DNA of 64,000 nucleotides. It comes from a virus. Lineage: Duplodnaviria; Caudoviricetes. A program made the position numbers and the translations under genes. The stretch lies in the IMG/VR virus record IMGVR_UViG_3300021978_000001, positions 373,491 through 437,490 of that record; one strand, 5' to 3'. Below the pieces are notes generated by a model that saw only the letters and a program-made list of their open reading frames with translations, was not told the DNA's origin and ran no database searches. Shown in pieces: positions 1 through 9,137 of this stretch (position 1 is the first letter of the stretch; every line of letters starts with the position of its first letter).

Positions 1-6
1 CCCCTG

Positions 7-636
7 TTGAATGACTTCATGAAACCACGTCTCGACGCGGAGCGGGATGAACATCTCAAGGCGCTTACAAGTGTGTGTTCGGCCCGCGTCAAGAAGCTCG
101 AAAAATACCTCCTCGCGACGTATCCTGTCGCAGAACGTGTAGACGCTTCGCGCGCCGGACGCTTCATGCTCACGCGCTACACCCCCTTCGAGTGGTGGGC
201 GTGCTTTCTGGCGGCTCACCACTTACCCTCAATGATGCCCATGCCCCTGGCCGCGCAGCCGATGAATGTGACCATGCCGTACCAGATCATGTCCACAGGG
301 GAGGACCCCTACTCCTATCACTGGGTGACCGTGCCGACGCGTCTGGTGTGGCTACTGCGACCCGGGTGGTATTACGTCATCGAGTTGGACATGAGAGGAC
401 ACAGGCGCGCGCAGATCTGCAAGGATGCTTTCGATTGGTGGGATGAGGATTGGCGTGACCCGCATCCTTCGGACTGGAAGACGCGAAGGTATGCGCGCGT
501 ACCTCAGACGTTCGTGCGCCCAGGGGAGATCTCTTCCGAGAGTACCCTGGCACTCTTGAGGGCTTATCAAAAGGGGCATCATACCTTGATGAAACGCTTG
601 CTCGGAGACACGGTGGAGGTGTTGCTAGGGGTGTGA
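7..636 (+). CDS. hypothetical protein (Trp/Tyr-rich; start uncertain at window edge)
   Basis: Open frame in a co-oriented, tightly packed run; no family recognised. Confidence 0.6.
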   Translation: MNDFMKPRLDAERDEHLKALTSVCSARVKKLEKYLLATYPVAERVDASRAGRFMLTRYTPFEWWACFLAAHHLPSMMPMPLAAQPMNVTMPYQIMSTGEDPYSYHWVTVPTRLVWLLRPGWYYVIELDMRGHRRAQICKDAFDWWDEDWRDPHPSDWKTRRYARVPQTFVRPGEISSESTLALLRAYQKGHHTLMKRLLGDTVEVLLGV

Positions 637-648
637 TCCTGTGTTACC

Positions 649-1374
649 ATGGATTTGGTAGATGTGTACCATTTTCCCAGGTATGTCATGTTGATCAATT
701 ATTGCAAACGCATCGAACAGGCGACCACCGAGGAGCGCGCGATCCTGGATCGCAGAGACGCGCGCTTCGGGATGGCCCGAGCTGAGATCACAAACGCGCC
801 CATACTCCCGGCGCTGTTGCCCCCCGAACGAGTACCGCACGAGCGAAGAGATCGGGCGGTTTACTTCTATTGGTGGTTTGTGCCCGAGGACTTCCCGGAA
901 GAGGAATCCCTCTGGGAGCCTTCAGGATATGCGGAAGCGAACTTCCTGGGCACGGTGGGGCGTCGGGTCGAGTGCCTGGAATATCATGGGACTGTGAGTT
1001 GGAAAGCACATCTTTTGCACATGCTGCATACGTTGTGCCCGAAGCTCGCTTACGCTCCTTCTCCTCTTGCCATCGACCTGAATATACCCCATGTGTTCGA
1101 TGCACGCACCGAGATCATGTTGACCTGGCAAGCAGACGCGAGTAGCACGCATGTGATCTTGACGCGTGAGGGAGGCTCCTGTCAGTGGGAGGTGACTTAC
1201 ATCGACCCAGATCACAGACTGGAGACCTTGTTCACGTCGCGGTTGCACCCCTGGAACCTCCAGATCACAGATCAGCCTCGATTCCAGTACAGCACACACT
1301 TTAACCGGGCACGTCTCGCTTATATGGCCTTCTATGACCGAGGCCCGCGTTCTCTGCAACTTCCCGGAGCTTGA
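649..1374 (+). CDS. hypothetical protein
   Basis: ATG start 12 nt after previous stop; 241 aa. Confidence 0.65.
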   Translation: MDLVDVYHFPRYVMLINYCKRIEQATTEERAILDRRDARFGMARAEITNAPILPALLPPERVPHERRDRAVYFYWWFVPEDFPEEESLWEPSGYAEANFLGTVGRRVECLEYHGTVSWKAHLLHMLHTLCPKLAYAPSPLAIDLNIPHVFDARTEIMLTWQADASSTHVILTREGGSCQWEVTYIDPDHRLETLFTSRLHPWNLQITDQPRFQYSTHFNRARLAYMAFYDRGPRSLQLPGA

Positions 1375-1375
1375 G

Positions 1376-1810
1376 ATGCTTTACAACGCCTTGTGCGCGT
1401 GGCGGGACATGACCCCACAAGAACGTGAGCAGCTCTCCGCGCATGTTGGAGAGGACACGAAGAACCGTTGGGGGTTGTTTCCCTTGTGCGTGGCTCACTA
1501 CTGTGACTACAGCAGGGATTATAGCACCGTGATGGTGTATGCCTGGGCAGTTTGGGTTGGCCCGACCTTCAACGCGGCGGAGTGCTTGCTGTGTGTCCAG
1601 TCGCTTCATATCCCCATGAGTCGAGGATATGAAGGGGTGAGATGTTCGCCTTCCTGGTACAAGGAGAAAGCACAAGAGCCTGAACGCATGATCGACACTC
1701 TTCGCCGCGAGTGGAGGGTAAAGCTCAACTATCCAGCGGCTTCGATGTCCAGTGCTTTACGCTTGTGGTCTATTGACTACGATCGTCTAAGAGGCTTCCG
1801 AGAGACTTGA
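1376..1810 (+). CDS. hypothetical protein
   Basis: ATG at 1376 directly after upstream stop (1374); same frame as track ORF 1334..1810. Confidence 0.6.
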   Translation: MLYNALCAWRDMTPQEREQLSAHVGEDTKNRWGLFPLCVAHYCDYSRDYSTVMVYAWAVWVGPTFNAAECLLCVQSLHIPMSRGYEGVRCSPSWYKEKAQEPERMIDTLRREWRVKLNYPAASMSSALRLWSIDYDRLRGFRET

Positions 1811-1863
1811 CGTGCCTTGGTTGATTGGGGTAGTCTTTGGTTCGCCCTGAAACGGAGTAGCGC

Positions 1864-2181
1864 GTGATGTTGTTGAATCCTTTGTGCCATGATAAGTTGC
1901 ATTTGCCCCTCGAACGATGGTGTACAGAAGGCTGTGTCTTCACCTGTGAACACGAATGGAAGTTGTACTACAAGCACAAGAAGCCACACCACTTGATGCG
2001 CGAGTCCTGGGTACGTTGGTATATCTATCGAGCAGACGGCACGCTTGTTACAAAGGGGCGTCTGCTGGTGCAACCTGCGCATCGTGTGCAGAGCGGGTAT
2101 GACATGCAAGGCACCTATTACAGTGCCTCAGAAGAATCAAGCATTTCGAGCCATCCCAGCGTTCGTGGAGGTGGGGCATGA
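1864..2181 (+). CDS. hypothetical protein
   Basis: ORF in operon-like run; ATGA overlap with next gene. Confidence 0.55.
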   Translation: MMLLNPLCHDKLHLPLERWCTEGCVFTCEHEWKLYYKHKKPHHLMRESWVRWYIYRADGTLVTKGRLLVQPAHRVQSGYDMQGTYYSASEESSISSHPSVRGGGA

Positions 2182-2804
2182 GCGTATCTAATGCCTTGTG
2201 CAAGTGGGGGAATCTCGTGGCCTTTTTGGAGGGAATCGAGGCGCAGCTCTCCCCGTGGTGGCGCTTCGATTACAACAGCGCCGAAAAGCAGGATAACATC
2301 ACGACCGCGACGATCGTCCACACGATCCTACCCTTGAAAGCGCGCTTCAAGTACACGACCAGCCTTTACACCCCATTGCGTAGCAAGAGGGCCTACCTCA
2401 ATGACACGTATATGGCTTCTCTGGGGGTTCTCAAGGCGGTCGGGGAGGTCATGGCGCAGGCGCATTGGTCTGTGATGTATCTCTGGCCTGATGCCGATCT
2501 GAGGATGCGTTCGCTCGCGCACAGTTACGCTGCCAAGTCCTTCCAGGCTTGGCATCCTGATGGTGAGAACCCCGAGAACCGCCACGAGGTCTTTGATATG
2601 CTGGGTCAGCGTCTCATCACGATCCTCGCGCAAATGCAGAAAGACAACGCGGTTTACCCCATCACGCTTCACACATGGGAAGTACCCCCCGAGGGGTTCC
2701 CTGATTTCCTGAAGTCCGGTGCATCTTTACAGGAACGCCTGGACTGGCACCCCTATCACACGCTCCAGTTGCAACCCGTGCCCTGGGGCTTCTCTTACCA
2801 GTAG
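2178..2804 (+). CDS. hypothetical protein
   Basis: GGAGG RBS, ATGA overlap with upstream gene. Confidence 0.7.
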   Translation: MSVSNALCKWGNLVAFLEGIEAQLSPWWRFDYNSAEKQDNITTATIVHTILPLKARFKYTTSLYTPLRSKRAYLNDTYMASLGVLKAVGEVMAQAHWSVMYLWPDADLRMRSLAHSYAAKSFQAWHPDGENPENRHEVFDMLGQRLITILAQMQKDNAVYPITLHTWEVPPEGFPDFLKSGASLQERLDWHPYHTLQLQPVPWGFSYQ

Positions 2805-2812
2805 AGTCGCGC

Positions 2813-3112
2813 ATGCAAGACCTCGATCTTATCACGGATACCCCGATCACACCTGGCAACCGATACGTGTACCTGCGTAACCTGCTCTCGCTCGGGGTGC
2901 GCCACCCAACCCGAGCATGGACTTATCTGTCGCTCAAGCGTCGGAGTGGTTTCACATCCCCCGAGAGCTTCTGGCGCCTCTTGTGCACCAAGATGGGCAG
3001 CAATGACGTCTTGCTTGACGCGATGGAAGCTGTAGATTACAGGGACCCGGAGGCGGTGATGGCACAGATCACAGATGTCCACGCAGCCTCGACCACGCCC
3101 TGGCTTACTTGA
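2813..3112 (+). CDS. hypothetical protein
   Basis: ATG 8 nt after previous stop; 99 aa. Confidence 0.6.
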   Translation: MQDLDLITDTPITPGNRYVYLRNLLSLGVRHPTRAWTYLSLKRRSGFTSPESFWRLLCTKMGSNDVLLDAMEAVDYRDPEAVMAQITDVHAASTTPWLT

Positions 3113-3156
3113 ATTGGCTTACTTGAATTGGCTTACTTGACCACGTTTACTTGAAG
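3101..3156 (+). repeat. 14-bp tandem repeat (TGGCTTACTTGAAT x2, TGGCTTACTTGACC, ACGTTTACTTGAAG) upstream of thyA
   Basis: TTACTTGA core at exact 14-bp period, four copies, ending at the thyA RBS. Confidence 0.9.
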
Positions 3157-3165
3157 GATACCCCC

Positions 3166-4128
3166 ATGCAAGCCTACCTCGACCTCGTACAACATGTCCT
3201 CGATCACGGAGAGCGTAAGATCAACCGCACAGGTGTGGATACACTCTCTTGTTTTAGTCAGCACTACACCGTGGACATCTCCGAGAGCTTCCCGCTCTTG
3301 ACCACCAAGGATATGTCTGGAGGGGTGTGGAACTCCCTGATCTATGAACTGCTCTGGTACCTGAGCGGTGAGCACCACATCCGCGAGTTCGAGAAGCACT
3401 CCAAGATCTGGTCTTCCTGGGCAGATGAGAACCGAAACCTCCAGACCGCTTACGGGCGCTTCTGGCGCCGCTTCCCTTTGCCTGAGTTGTCGGACCGCTT
3501 GCCTGGAGAGGCGTGGCCTGATTACAACGCCATGCAGAAGTATGTCCGCGAGGAAGAGCGCGCCGATTTGCGCTTCACGCTGAATTTCGATCAGATCGCG
3601 TACATCTGTGACCTGCTCTTGAATCAACCCGAGTCCAGGCGCATGATCTTGAGCGCGTGGCATCCGGCAAACGCAGCGGTCTCTCTCTTGCCGCCCTGTC
3701 ATGCGTTCGTGGTGTTCAATGTCACAGGGCTCGACGAAGAGACGGGCAAGGGCAAGCTCAACTGCCACCTCACGCAGCGGTCAGGGGACATCGGGCTCGG
3801 TATCCCGTTCAACATCGCGAGCTACTCTGCTTTGACCTACATCCTCGCTCGTGCGACCGGGCATGCGCCTGGCAGTTTCTCACACACCATCGTCGATGCA
3901 CACATCTACTGTGGTGAGAACGAGGATGACCCCTTCTCTCACGTCAAGCCCTTGCGCGAGCAGCTTACACGCGAACCGCGTGCTCTCCCGACGCTCCAGT
4001 TGCACGGAGCCCCCAAAGAGTTGACGCTTGAGGGTGCATTGGCATACATCGACGGATTAACCTTTGACAGCTTCAAACTGATGGGGTATGATCCTCATCC
4101 AAGGCTGCGTATGAAGGTGGCCGTGTAA
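3166..4128 (+). CDS. thyA: thymidylate synthase
   Basis: NRTGVDT, FPLLTTK, catalytic LPPCH, QRSGDIGLGIPFNIASY, DAHIY, Y.PHP...M.VAV terminus; GAAGGA RBS before ATG 3166. Confidence 0.97.
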   Translation: MQAYLDLVQHVLDHGERKINRTGVDTLSCFSQHYTVDISESFPLLTTKDMSGGVWNSLIYELLWYLSGEHHIREFEKHSKIWSSWADENRNLQTAYGRFWRRFPLPELSDRLPGEAWPDYNAMQKYVREEERADLRFTLNFDQIAYICDLLLNQPESRRMILSAWHPANAAVSLLPPCHAFVVFNVTGLDEETGKGKLNCHLTQRSGDIGLGIPFNIASYSALTYILARATGHAPGSFSHTIVDAHIYCGENEDDPFSHVKPLREQLTREPRALPTLQLHGAPKELTLEGALAYIDGLTFDSFKLMGYDPHPRLRMKVAV

Positions 4129-4153
4129 CACCACATTGAAGAAGAGTGTGTAA

Positions 4154-4660
4154 ATGGCAGATGAATCGCAGACCCCCGAAGAGACCCTCGAAGAGATCGC
4201 AGAGCGCGAAGGTGTCGTGCTCGGTGCCTGGGGCTATCGTTTGATGCGTCACATGGCGATGGATTACGGCGAGCTTGATGCTTTCTACGGGGTCGTCGAG
4301 GTGTACTACCGCAAGGACCGCTCGATTTACATGTGGGAGGAGCCTGCGGACACGCGCCACCTGCGCTTCCTGAAATCCCCTGAAGAACTCCAGAAGACCC
4401 TGGATCGCATGCGCGCTGCATACCTCTTGCCCCCCTTGATGTTGGTCGATGACGAGACGGAAGGGAAGGAAGGTGAGAAGATTGCCGTGGAGGTCCCCCC
4501 CGAACTGCTCGCCAAGGACGCCACGCCCTGGTATGAGGCGCGCTACGCAGGTATGACTACCGAAGAGGTGGAGGCGGCCCTCGACGCGGAAGACGCGCGC
4601 ATGGATGAGGAAGACGCGCGCCTCGATGCAGAGGACGCAGAAGGCTCGGAGGAAGAATGA
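4154..4660 (+). CDS. hypothetical phage protein (YR-x-EVY family; acidic tail)
   Basis: WGYRLMR...VEVYYR...SPEEL...MR...PPLM; paralogous to next gene. Confidence 0.75.
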   Translation: MADESQTPEETLEEIAEREGVVLGAWGYRLMRHMAMDYGELDAFYGVVEVYYRKDRSIYMWEEPADTRHLRFLKSPEELQKTLDRMRAAYLLPPLMLVDDETEGKEGEKIAVEVPPELLAKDATPWYEARYAGMTTEEVEAALDAEDARMDEEDARLDAEDAEGSEEE

Positions 4661-5037
4661 GAGAGAACCCCGAGGATAAAATCTGGATGGACTACCGCAT
4701 TGTTCGGTACATCCATGAGATCCCCATCGAAGGGTACCCCGATCAGGTGTTCTACCAGCTCTGCGAGGTCTACTTTCGTAACGGCATCCCGGTTTCCTGG
4801 TTGAACGATAAGAACCCTGTGATCTTTGCGGAGACCCCCGAAATCCTCGTGCAATGTGTCGAGGATATGCGAGAGGGTGCCAAGCATCCCCCCTTGATGT
4901 GGGATGATGCACAACGCAGGTTGATCGAGGTGCCCAAAGAGGTGATCGAAGCTGATCGCGCGGCTGATGTGGCGCGGACCGAGGAAGCCTGGACCCGTTG
5001 GAAAGAAGCGAACAGTGGTCAATCCGAAGAGGAATGA
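4657..5037 (+). CDS. hypothetical phage protein, paralog of 4154..4660
   Basis: MDYRIVR...CEVYFR...TPEIL...MR...PPLM; ATGA overlap. Confidence 0.75.
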   Translation: MRENPEDKIWMDYRIVRYIHEIPIEGYPDQVFYQLCEVYFRNGIPVSWLNDKNPVIFAETPEILVQCVEDMREGAKHPPLMWDDAQRRLIEVPKEVIEADRAADVARTEEAWTRWKEANSGQSEEE

Positions 5038-5077
5038 CACTCATACTCTGACACGCTCGAAGAAAAAAGGAAGTCTC

Positions 5078-5695
5078 ATGAACATGTACGGCACACATCA
5101 CAAGCTCATCCACATCGTCGCGATGGACAGCGCGGGCGTGATCGGGGTCAATGGTAACATCCCCTTTCGCTTGAAGGGAGATCTCGCGCGCTTCAAGACG
5201 CTGACGCTCAATACCCCTGTGATCATGGGACGCAAGACCTACGAGAGCCTCCCCACGCCGGGCCTCAAACACCGCATCAACATCATCCTCACGAGGCAAA
5301 GCGAGATCGAGATTCCTACGGGTGACGGCCAGGGAGGGAGCGCTCTCTTGCATGTTGGGCCAGGTCAGGTCGCGACGAACCATGATGAGACCACCGAGCG
5401 CTACTACGTGGCGACGATGGAAGACGCGCTCTCGCTCGTACCGAGGGCGCATGATGTCTACATCATCGGCGGCGGGGAGATTTACAACATGACCCTCGAC
5501 GCGGTGCATGAGGTGCGCGCGACCTTCGCCATGAAGTCCGTCGAGACGAAGGACACCGATGAGGTCGTGCGCTATCCGATTCGTCGCCTCGATGATGGGT
5601 TCGTCAAGGGCTACGAGCATGCTGTATACGGGGATGACGGCAGCCCAACGCACGTCTACCAGGATTGGACGAGGTTTCGAGGAGACATGCGATGA
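5078..5695 (+). CDS. folA: dihydrofolate reductase
   Basis: IVAMD..GVIG.NG.IPF.LKGDLARFKTLT..PVIMGRKTYESLP..GL..R.NIILTR, YIIGGGEIY; start trimmed to ATG 5078 with AGGA RBS. Confidence 0.95.
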   Translation: MNMYGTHHKLIHIVAMDSAGVIGVNGNIPFRLKGDLARFKTLTLNTPVIMGRKTYESLPTPGLKHRINIILTRQSEIEIPTGDGQGGSALLHVGPGQVATNHDETTERYYVATMEDALSLVPRAHDVYIIGGGEIYNMTLDAVHEVRATFAMKSVETKDTDEVVRYPIRRLDDGFVKGYEHAVYGDDGSPTHVYQDWTRFRGDMR

Positions 5696-6528
5696 GCTTT
5701 CGTGTCTTATTTCGAGTAGACCGTGATAACGAGGACGAGTATCGCGCGGCGGTCAAGGTCCTCGGGGGCTCTTGCGTGACGATGTTCCGTACCTCGATCA
5801 ACGAGGGGGATGTTGTGATGGGGCGTTATAGCGTCTTGCCCTGGTTCAAGGATCTGGAAAACGAACTCCAGTACAATGGCGCGAGTCTTATTAACAGCTA
5901 CACGGATCACTGCTACATCGCAGAGATGCAATGGTACGAGGACATCCGACACCTCACACCCGCGACCCATACCAACATGGGGTGGGCAAACGTGCCGGAC
6001 GCGCCGCACGGGTGGGTCGTCAAGGGGGCCACGAACTCGCGCAAGCAGAAGTGGTCTACGCACATGCGCGCGCCAACACGAGAGAAACTCAAGGATGTGA
6101 TGGGCCTGCTCTACGATGACCCGCTGCTCGGTGAGCAAGGTCTGGTCATTCGCGAGTACGTTCCGCTTCGCACCTACGAGATCGGCGTGCGCGGGATGCC
6201 CATGACCAATGAGTGGCGTTGCTTCTTTGACGGCACAGACCTCCTGGGAGCAGGCTACTACTGGTCGCAAGCTGAACACGCTGACCAGCGTGGTGCTATC
6301 CCCGAGGAAGCGCTCGCCGTGGCACAGGAAGCGGCCAACATCCTGGCAGAGCATGTTCGTTTCTTTGTGGTAGATGTGGGCGAGGTGGTCAAAGCGCCTT
6401 ATGGTCAGCCTGGACATGAGGAGCACGATTACTGGACGGTGATCGAAGTGAACTCGGGCCAGATGGCCGGGTTGTCGATGATCGACCCACACGACTTCTA
6501 CACACGAATCAAGGAGAACTTTACATGA
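5692..6528 (+). CDS. ATP-grasp domain protein (R2K/DUF4343-like)
   Basis: WVVKG..NSRK..W, VIREYVPL, NEWRCFF, FFVVDVG, W.VIEVNSGQMAGL. Confidence 0.8.
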   Translation: MSFRVLFRVDRDNEDEYRAAVKVLGGSCVTMFRTSINEGDVVMGRYSVLPWFKDLENELQYNGASLINSYTDHCYIAEMQWYEDIRHLTPATHTNMGWANVPDAPHGWVVKGATNSRKQKWSTHMRAPTREKLKDVMGLLYDDPLLGEQGLVIREYVPLRTYEIGVRGMPMTNEWRCFFDGTDLLGAGYYWSQAEHADQRGAIPEEALAVAQEAANILAEHVRFFVVDVGEVVKAPYGQPGHEEHDYWTVIEVNSGQMAGLSMIDPHDFYTRIKENFT

Positions 6529-6869
6529 GCGAAGATACTCGACATGACGCTGAAAAAGAGCCAGAACAAGAGGGCTCGGAGGATGGCTCGACCGAGACCC
6601 TGAGTTGGCCACGCGCTAGAAAGGAGTTGGACCGCCTGATCGGGTGGGTCGTATATCTTCTGGGGTTGACTTTCGTGCTCATGATGCTCGGGTTCATGTT
6701 CGAGGGTTGCACGATAACCACTTCGACACATGAGTACAGCGTGGGTATCCTTGGTAAGGGCGGTCCTCACATGACTGCCCGCCCCTTGAGTGAGACCTTG
6801 AGTGAGAAGAGCGAGAAGCAGGACGCAAAGCAAGAAGGCTCGAAGCAAGAAGCGAAAACAACCCCTTGA
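6525..6869 (+). CDS. membrane protein
   Basis: ATGA overlap; one hydrophobic segment LIGWVVYLLGLTFVLMMLGFMF. Confidence 0.65.
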   Translation: MSEDTRHDAEKEPEQEGSEDGSTETLSWPRARKELDRLIGWVVYLLGLTFVLMMLGFMFEGCTITTSTHEYSVGILGKGGPHMTARPLSETLSEKSEKQDAKQEGSKQEAKTTP

Positions 6870-6910
6870 ACGCAGCAGATCAAGGGTAACACAAGAGAAA
6901 GGAGAACATC

Positions 6911-7279
6911 ATGGGTGAACATCAAAGTGTATCGGTAAGTGGTGGGGGGTGCTTCGGTTGCCTGGGAACCATCGCCTTTTTTATGGTCGTGTGGGCCTTG
7001 ATCTTCGGTGTAACGATCGGGGGTGTGCATCACTCACTCTCGTGCAGCAAGGACAAGGGCGTGGCGATCCGACAGGAGGTGGAGGAGAACGCGAAAGCGC
7101 CAACGCAATCCGACATGTCCCCCAATGCAACCGACTTCGAGTCAAGCGGACCTGGTGACATCGCGCCGGGGGATACGGTGATCTATGAGAAGGCCCCCGC
7201 GCGCTACGAGCATGTGCCCGAGACGAGCAGTGAGTCCATGACACCTGTCGCATCTCCAGGTGTCCTTGTGACGCCTTGA
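6911..7279 (+). CDS. membrane protein
   Basis: AAGGAG RBS; GGGCFGCLGTIAFFMVVWALIFG hydrophobic stretch. Confidence 0.7.
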   Translation: MGEHQSVSVSGGGCFGCLGTIAFFMVVWALIFGVTIGGVHHSLSCSKDKGVAIRQEVEENAKAPTQSDMSPNATDFESSGPGDIAPGDTVIYEKAPARYEHVPETSSESMTPVASPGVLVTP

Positions 7280-7330
7280 GCCTTATGAGGTTCTCGGATC
7301 ACATGACTACACGAGACGAAGGAACCACAC

Positions 7331-8062
7331 ATGAGCCTCGAAGACGAAATCCATGAGGTGCTTCGGCGCAGGAAGAGCCTCGCAGACTTTATCACCGCGA
7401 AGGTAGGGCACCAGGAATGGGAAGCTCGGTTGTTGGGCATCTTCAATCGGCATGATCGCTATTCCACGTCTAGCAAAGCGACCAAGAGACGCGAGGAGTA
7501 TGTGCGCACGCTCGCAGACGAGATCCGCCGCGTGACAGCGGACACGATCTCTTATGCGGAGGTGCGCTCAGTGTTGCAAGGGCACCCCCAGACGCGCACG
7601 GGCTTCAAGACTGTGCTCTATCACTTGCGTGATCTGGACAAGAAGTACAAGCAGGGCTCGCATGATCCGCCTATCGAGGTCGTGTGGCATTGCATCACGC
7701 GGGAACTTTCGCGGTGGGAAGAGAAGGCGAGGTGGGTGGACATCGTGGTTCCTGACCCCCTGTTGAAGATAGGTCTCGGTGGTGTGCTGCGTACCAAGTA
7801 CATGGCGGAGTGTTTCGAGGCGGGGAAGCTGCAACACTTCACACGGTTGGAGATCGAGCGTCCTGGCTTTCGACGCTTGCAACTCTACAAGAAGAGCATC
7901 CCGGAGCACCCCAACATCACTCGACTCGTGATCGAGGGGAAGCCTTCTCGATTAGACGCGGAGATGTACCTTCGGGATACCTTCCAGGAGATTTGCCCGA
8001 ACGCAGAAGTGTCCTTCAAGAAGCCTTCCCTGTACAAGAGTTACACGAAGTGGAACCGCTAA
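7331..8062 (+). CDS. hypothetical protein
   Basis: AAGGA RBS; 243 aa. Confidence 0.7.
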   Translation: MSLEDEIHEVLRRRKSLADFITAKVGHQEWEARLLGIFNRHDRYSTSSKATKRREEYVRTLADEIRRVTADTISYAEVRSVLQGHPQTRTGFKTVLYHLRDLDKKYKQGSHDPPIEVVWHCITRELSRWEEKARWVDIVVPDPLLKIGLGGVLRTKYMAECFEAGKLQHFTRLEIERPGFRRLQLYKKSIPEHPNITRLVIEGKPSRLDAEMYLRDTFQEICPNAEVSFKKPSLYKSYTKWNR

Positions 8063-8073
8063 GAGAGAGCCAC

Positions 8074-8310
8074 ATGACCTTGCCTGAACCTCTTACTCGT
8101 GACCATGTGACGCTTTGCTTCGCGATAAGCGCGTGGAAGGTGTCAGATGCGACGTGCCGTGAGCGCTTGAGCGTGGAAGAGCAGGAGCATTTGAACACCC
8201 TGTACAGGCATTGCTATGTACATGTCCGGGATGAGAACGTCGTGGTCTTGACGCACAAGGGAAAGGACCTCTTGTTGAAAGCCTCTGATATGATGTCTGC
8301 ACATCGCTGA
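8074..8310 (+). CDS. hypothetical protein
   Basis: ATG at 8074 after GAGAG; frame of track ORF 7810..8310. Confidence 0.5.
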   Translation: MTLPEPLTRDHVTLCFAISAWKVSDATCRERLSVEEQEHLNTLYRHCYVHVRDENVVVLTHKGKDLLLKASDMMSAHR

Positions 8311-8333
8311 TAACCAGAACAAGAGAGGAAGAG

Positions 8334-8789
8334 ATGGGAACACGCGCAGATTTTTACGTGGGCAAGGGGAAGGACGCCGAATGGCTCGGGTCCATTGCCT
8401 ATGATGGGTACCCGGACGGGAACACCGCTGAACATGATGTGAACATCGCGAGCACCGAAGAGGAGTACCGTGAGCGCGTTCTCGCGATGATCGAAGCGCT
8501 GGATCACGGCACCAAGCCCGAGCAAGGCTGGCCATGGCCCTGGGAGGATAGTTCGACCTCGGATTATGCTTACACCTGGTGTAGCGAGAACGAACGCGTC
8601 GAGGTCACGGATTCAGCTTTCCCCTGGTGGCCCGCGCAGGATCTCCATGATCACGGGGGCGGGGAGTATGAATACGGCAAAGCCTACAAGGAAGGGTTGG
8701 TGGTCTTTCCCGACATGACCGAGCGCAAGAACGTGACATTGGGACGGCGGTCAGGAATGCTGGTCTTCGGCTTCCAACCCCCGGAGTAG
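8334..8789 (+). CDS. hypothetical phage protein (MGTRA... N-terminus)
   Basis: GAGGAAGAG RBS; MGTRADFYVG...YDGYP pattern recalled from phage proteins. Confidence 0.7.
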   Translation: MGTRADFYVGKGKDAEWLGSIAYDGYPDGNTAEHDVNIASTEEEYRERVLAMIEALDHGTKPEQGWPWPWEDSSTSDYAYTWCSENERVEVTDSAFPWWPAQDLHDHGGGEYEYGKAYKEGLVVFPDMTERKNVTLGRRSGMLVFGFQPPE

Positions 8790-9032
8790 GCGCGGGTCGT
8801 GCTCGGTTTCCTGTTGCCAGGTCATACATGCGTCACGTAACGGTGCCCATGCAGGCAGCTTTTCCCGAACTACAAAAGAGGCGCGCAGGCATCCTATTTT
8901 GAGCCTCCATTTTTCGGGCTGTTCGGATACGTCGAGCAAAATCTGATTCATGCGTGCCCAGTCTCGTGCTTGACCAGCGCGGTGAATCTGCCCGAACCAG
9001 TGCTCCATTTCCTCTCGGAACGAGTGCTCCAT
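8751..9032 (-). CDS. hypothetical protein
   Basis: AGGAGG RBS upstream of ATG on minus strand. Confidence 0.6.
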   Translation of the reverse strand: MEHSFREEMEHWFGQIHRAGQARDWARMNQILLDVSEQPEKWRLKIGCLRASFVVREKLPAWAPLRDACMTWQQETEHDPRLLRGLEAEDQHS

Positions 9033-9068
9033 TTCAACCTCCTTCGTTTACAGGTAGAACGCTCTCCA

Positions 9069-9109
9069 ATCAAAGAAGCCCCTGGGAATGACCCAGGGGC
9101 TTCTTTGAT
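9069..9109. terminator. intrinsic terminator-like hairpin (18-bp perfect stem)
   Basis: ATCAAAGAAGCCCCTGGG-AATGA-CCCAGGGGCTTCTTTGAT just downstream of the 9138 stop. Confidence 0.85.
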
Positions 9110-9137
9110 CCATCATATAGCAACACAACATATCACG

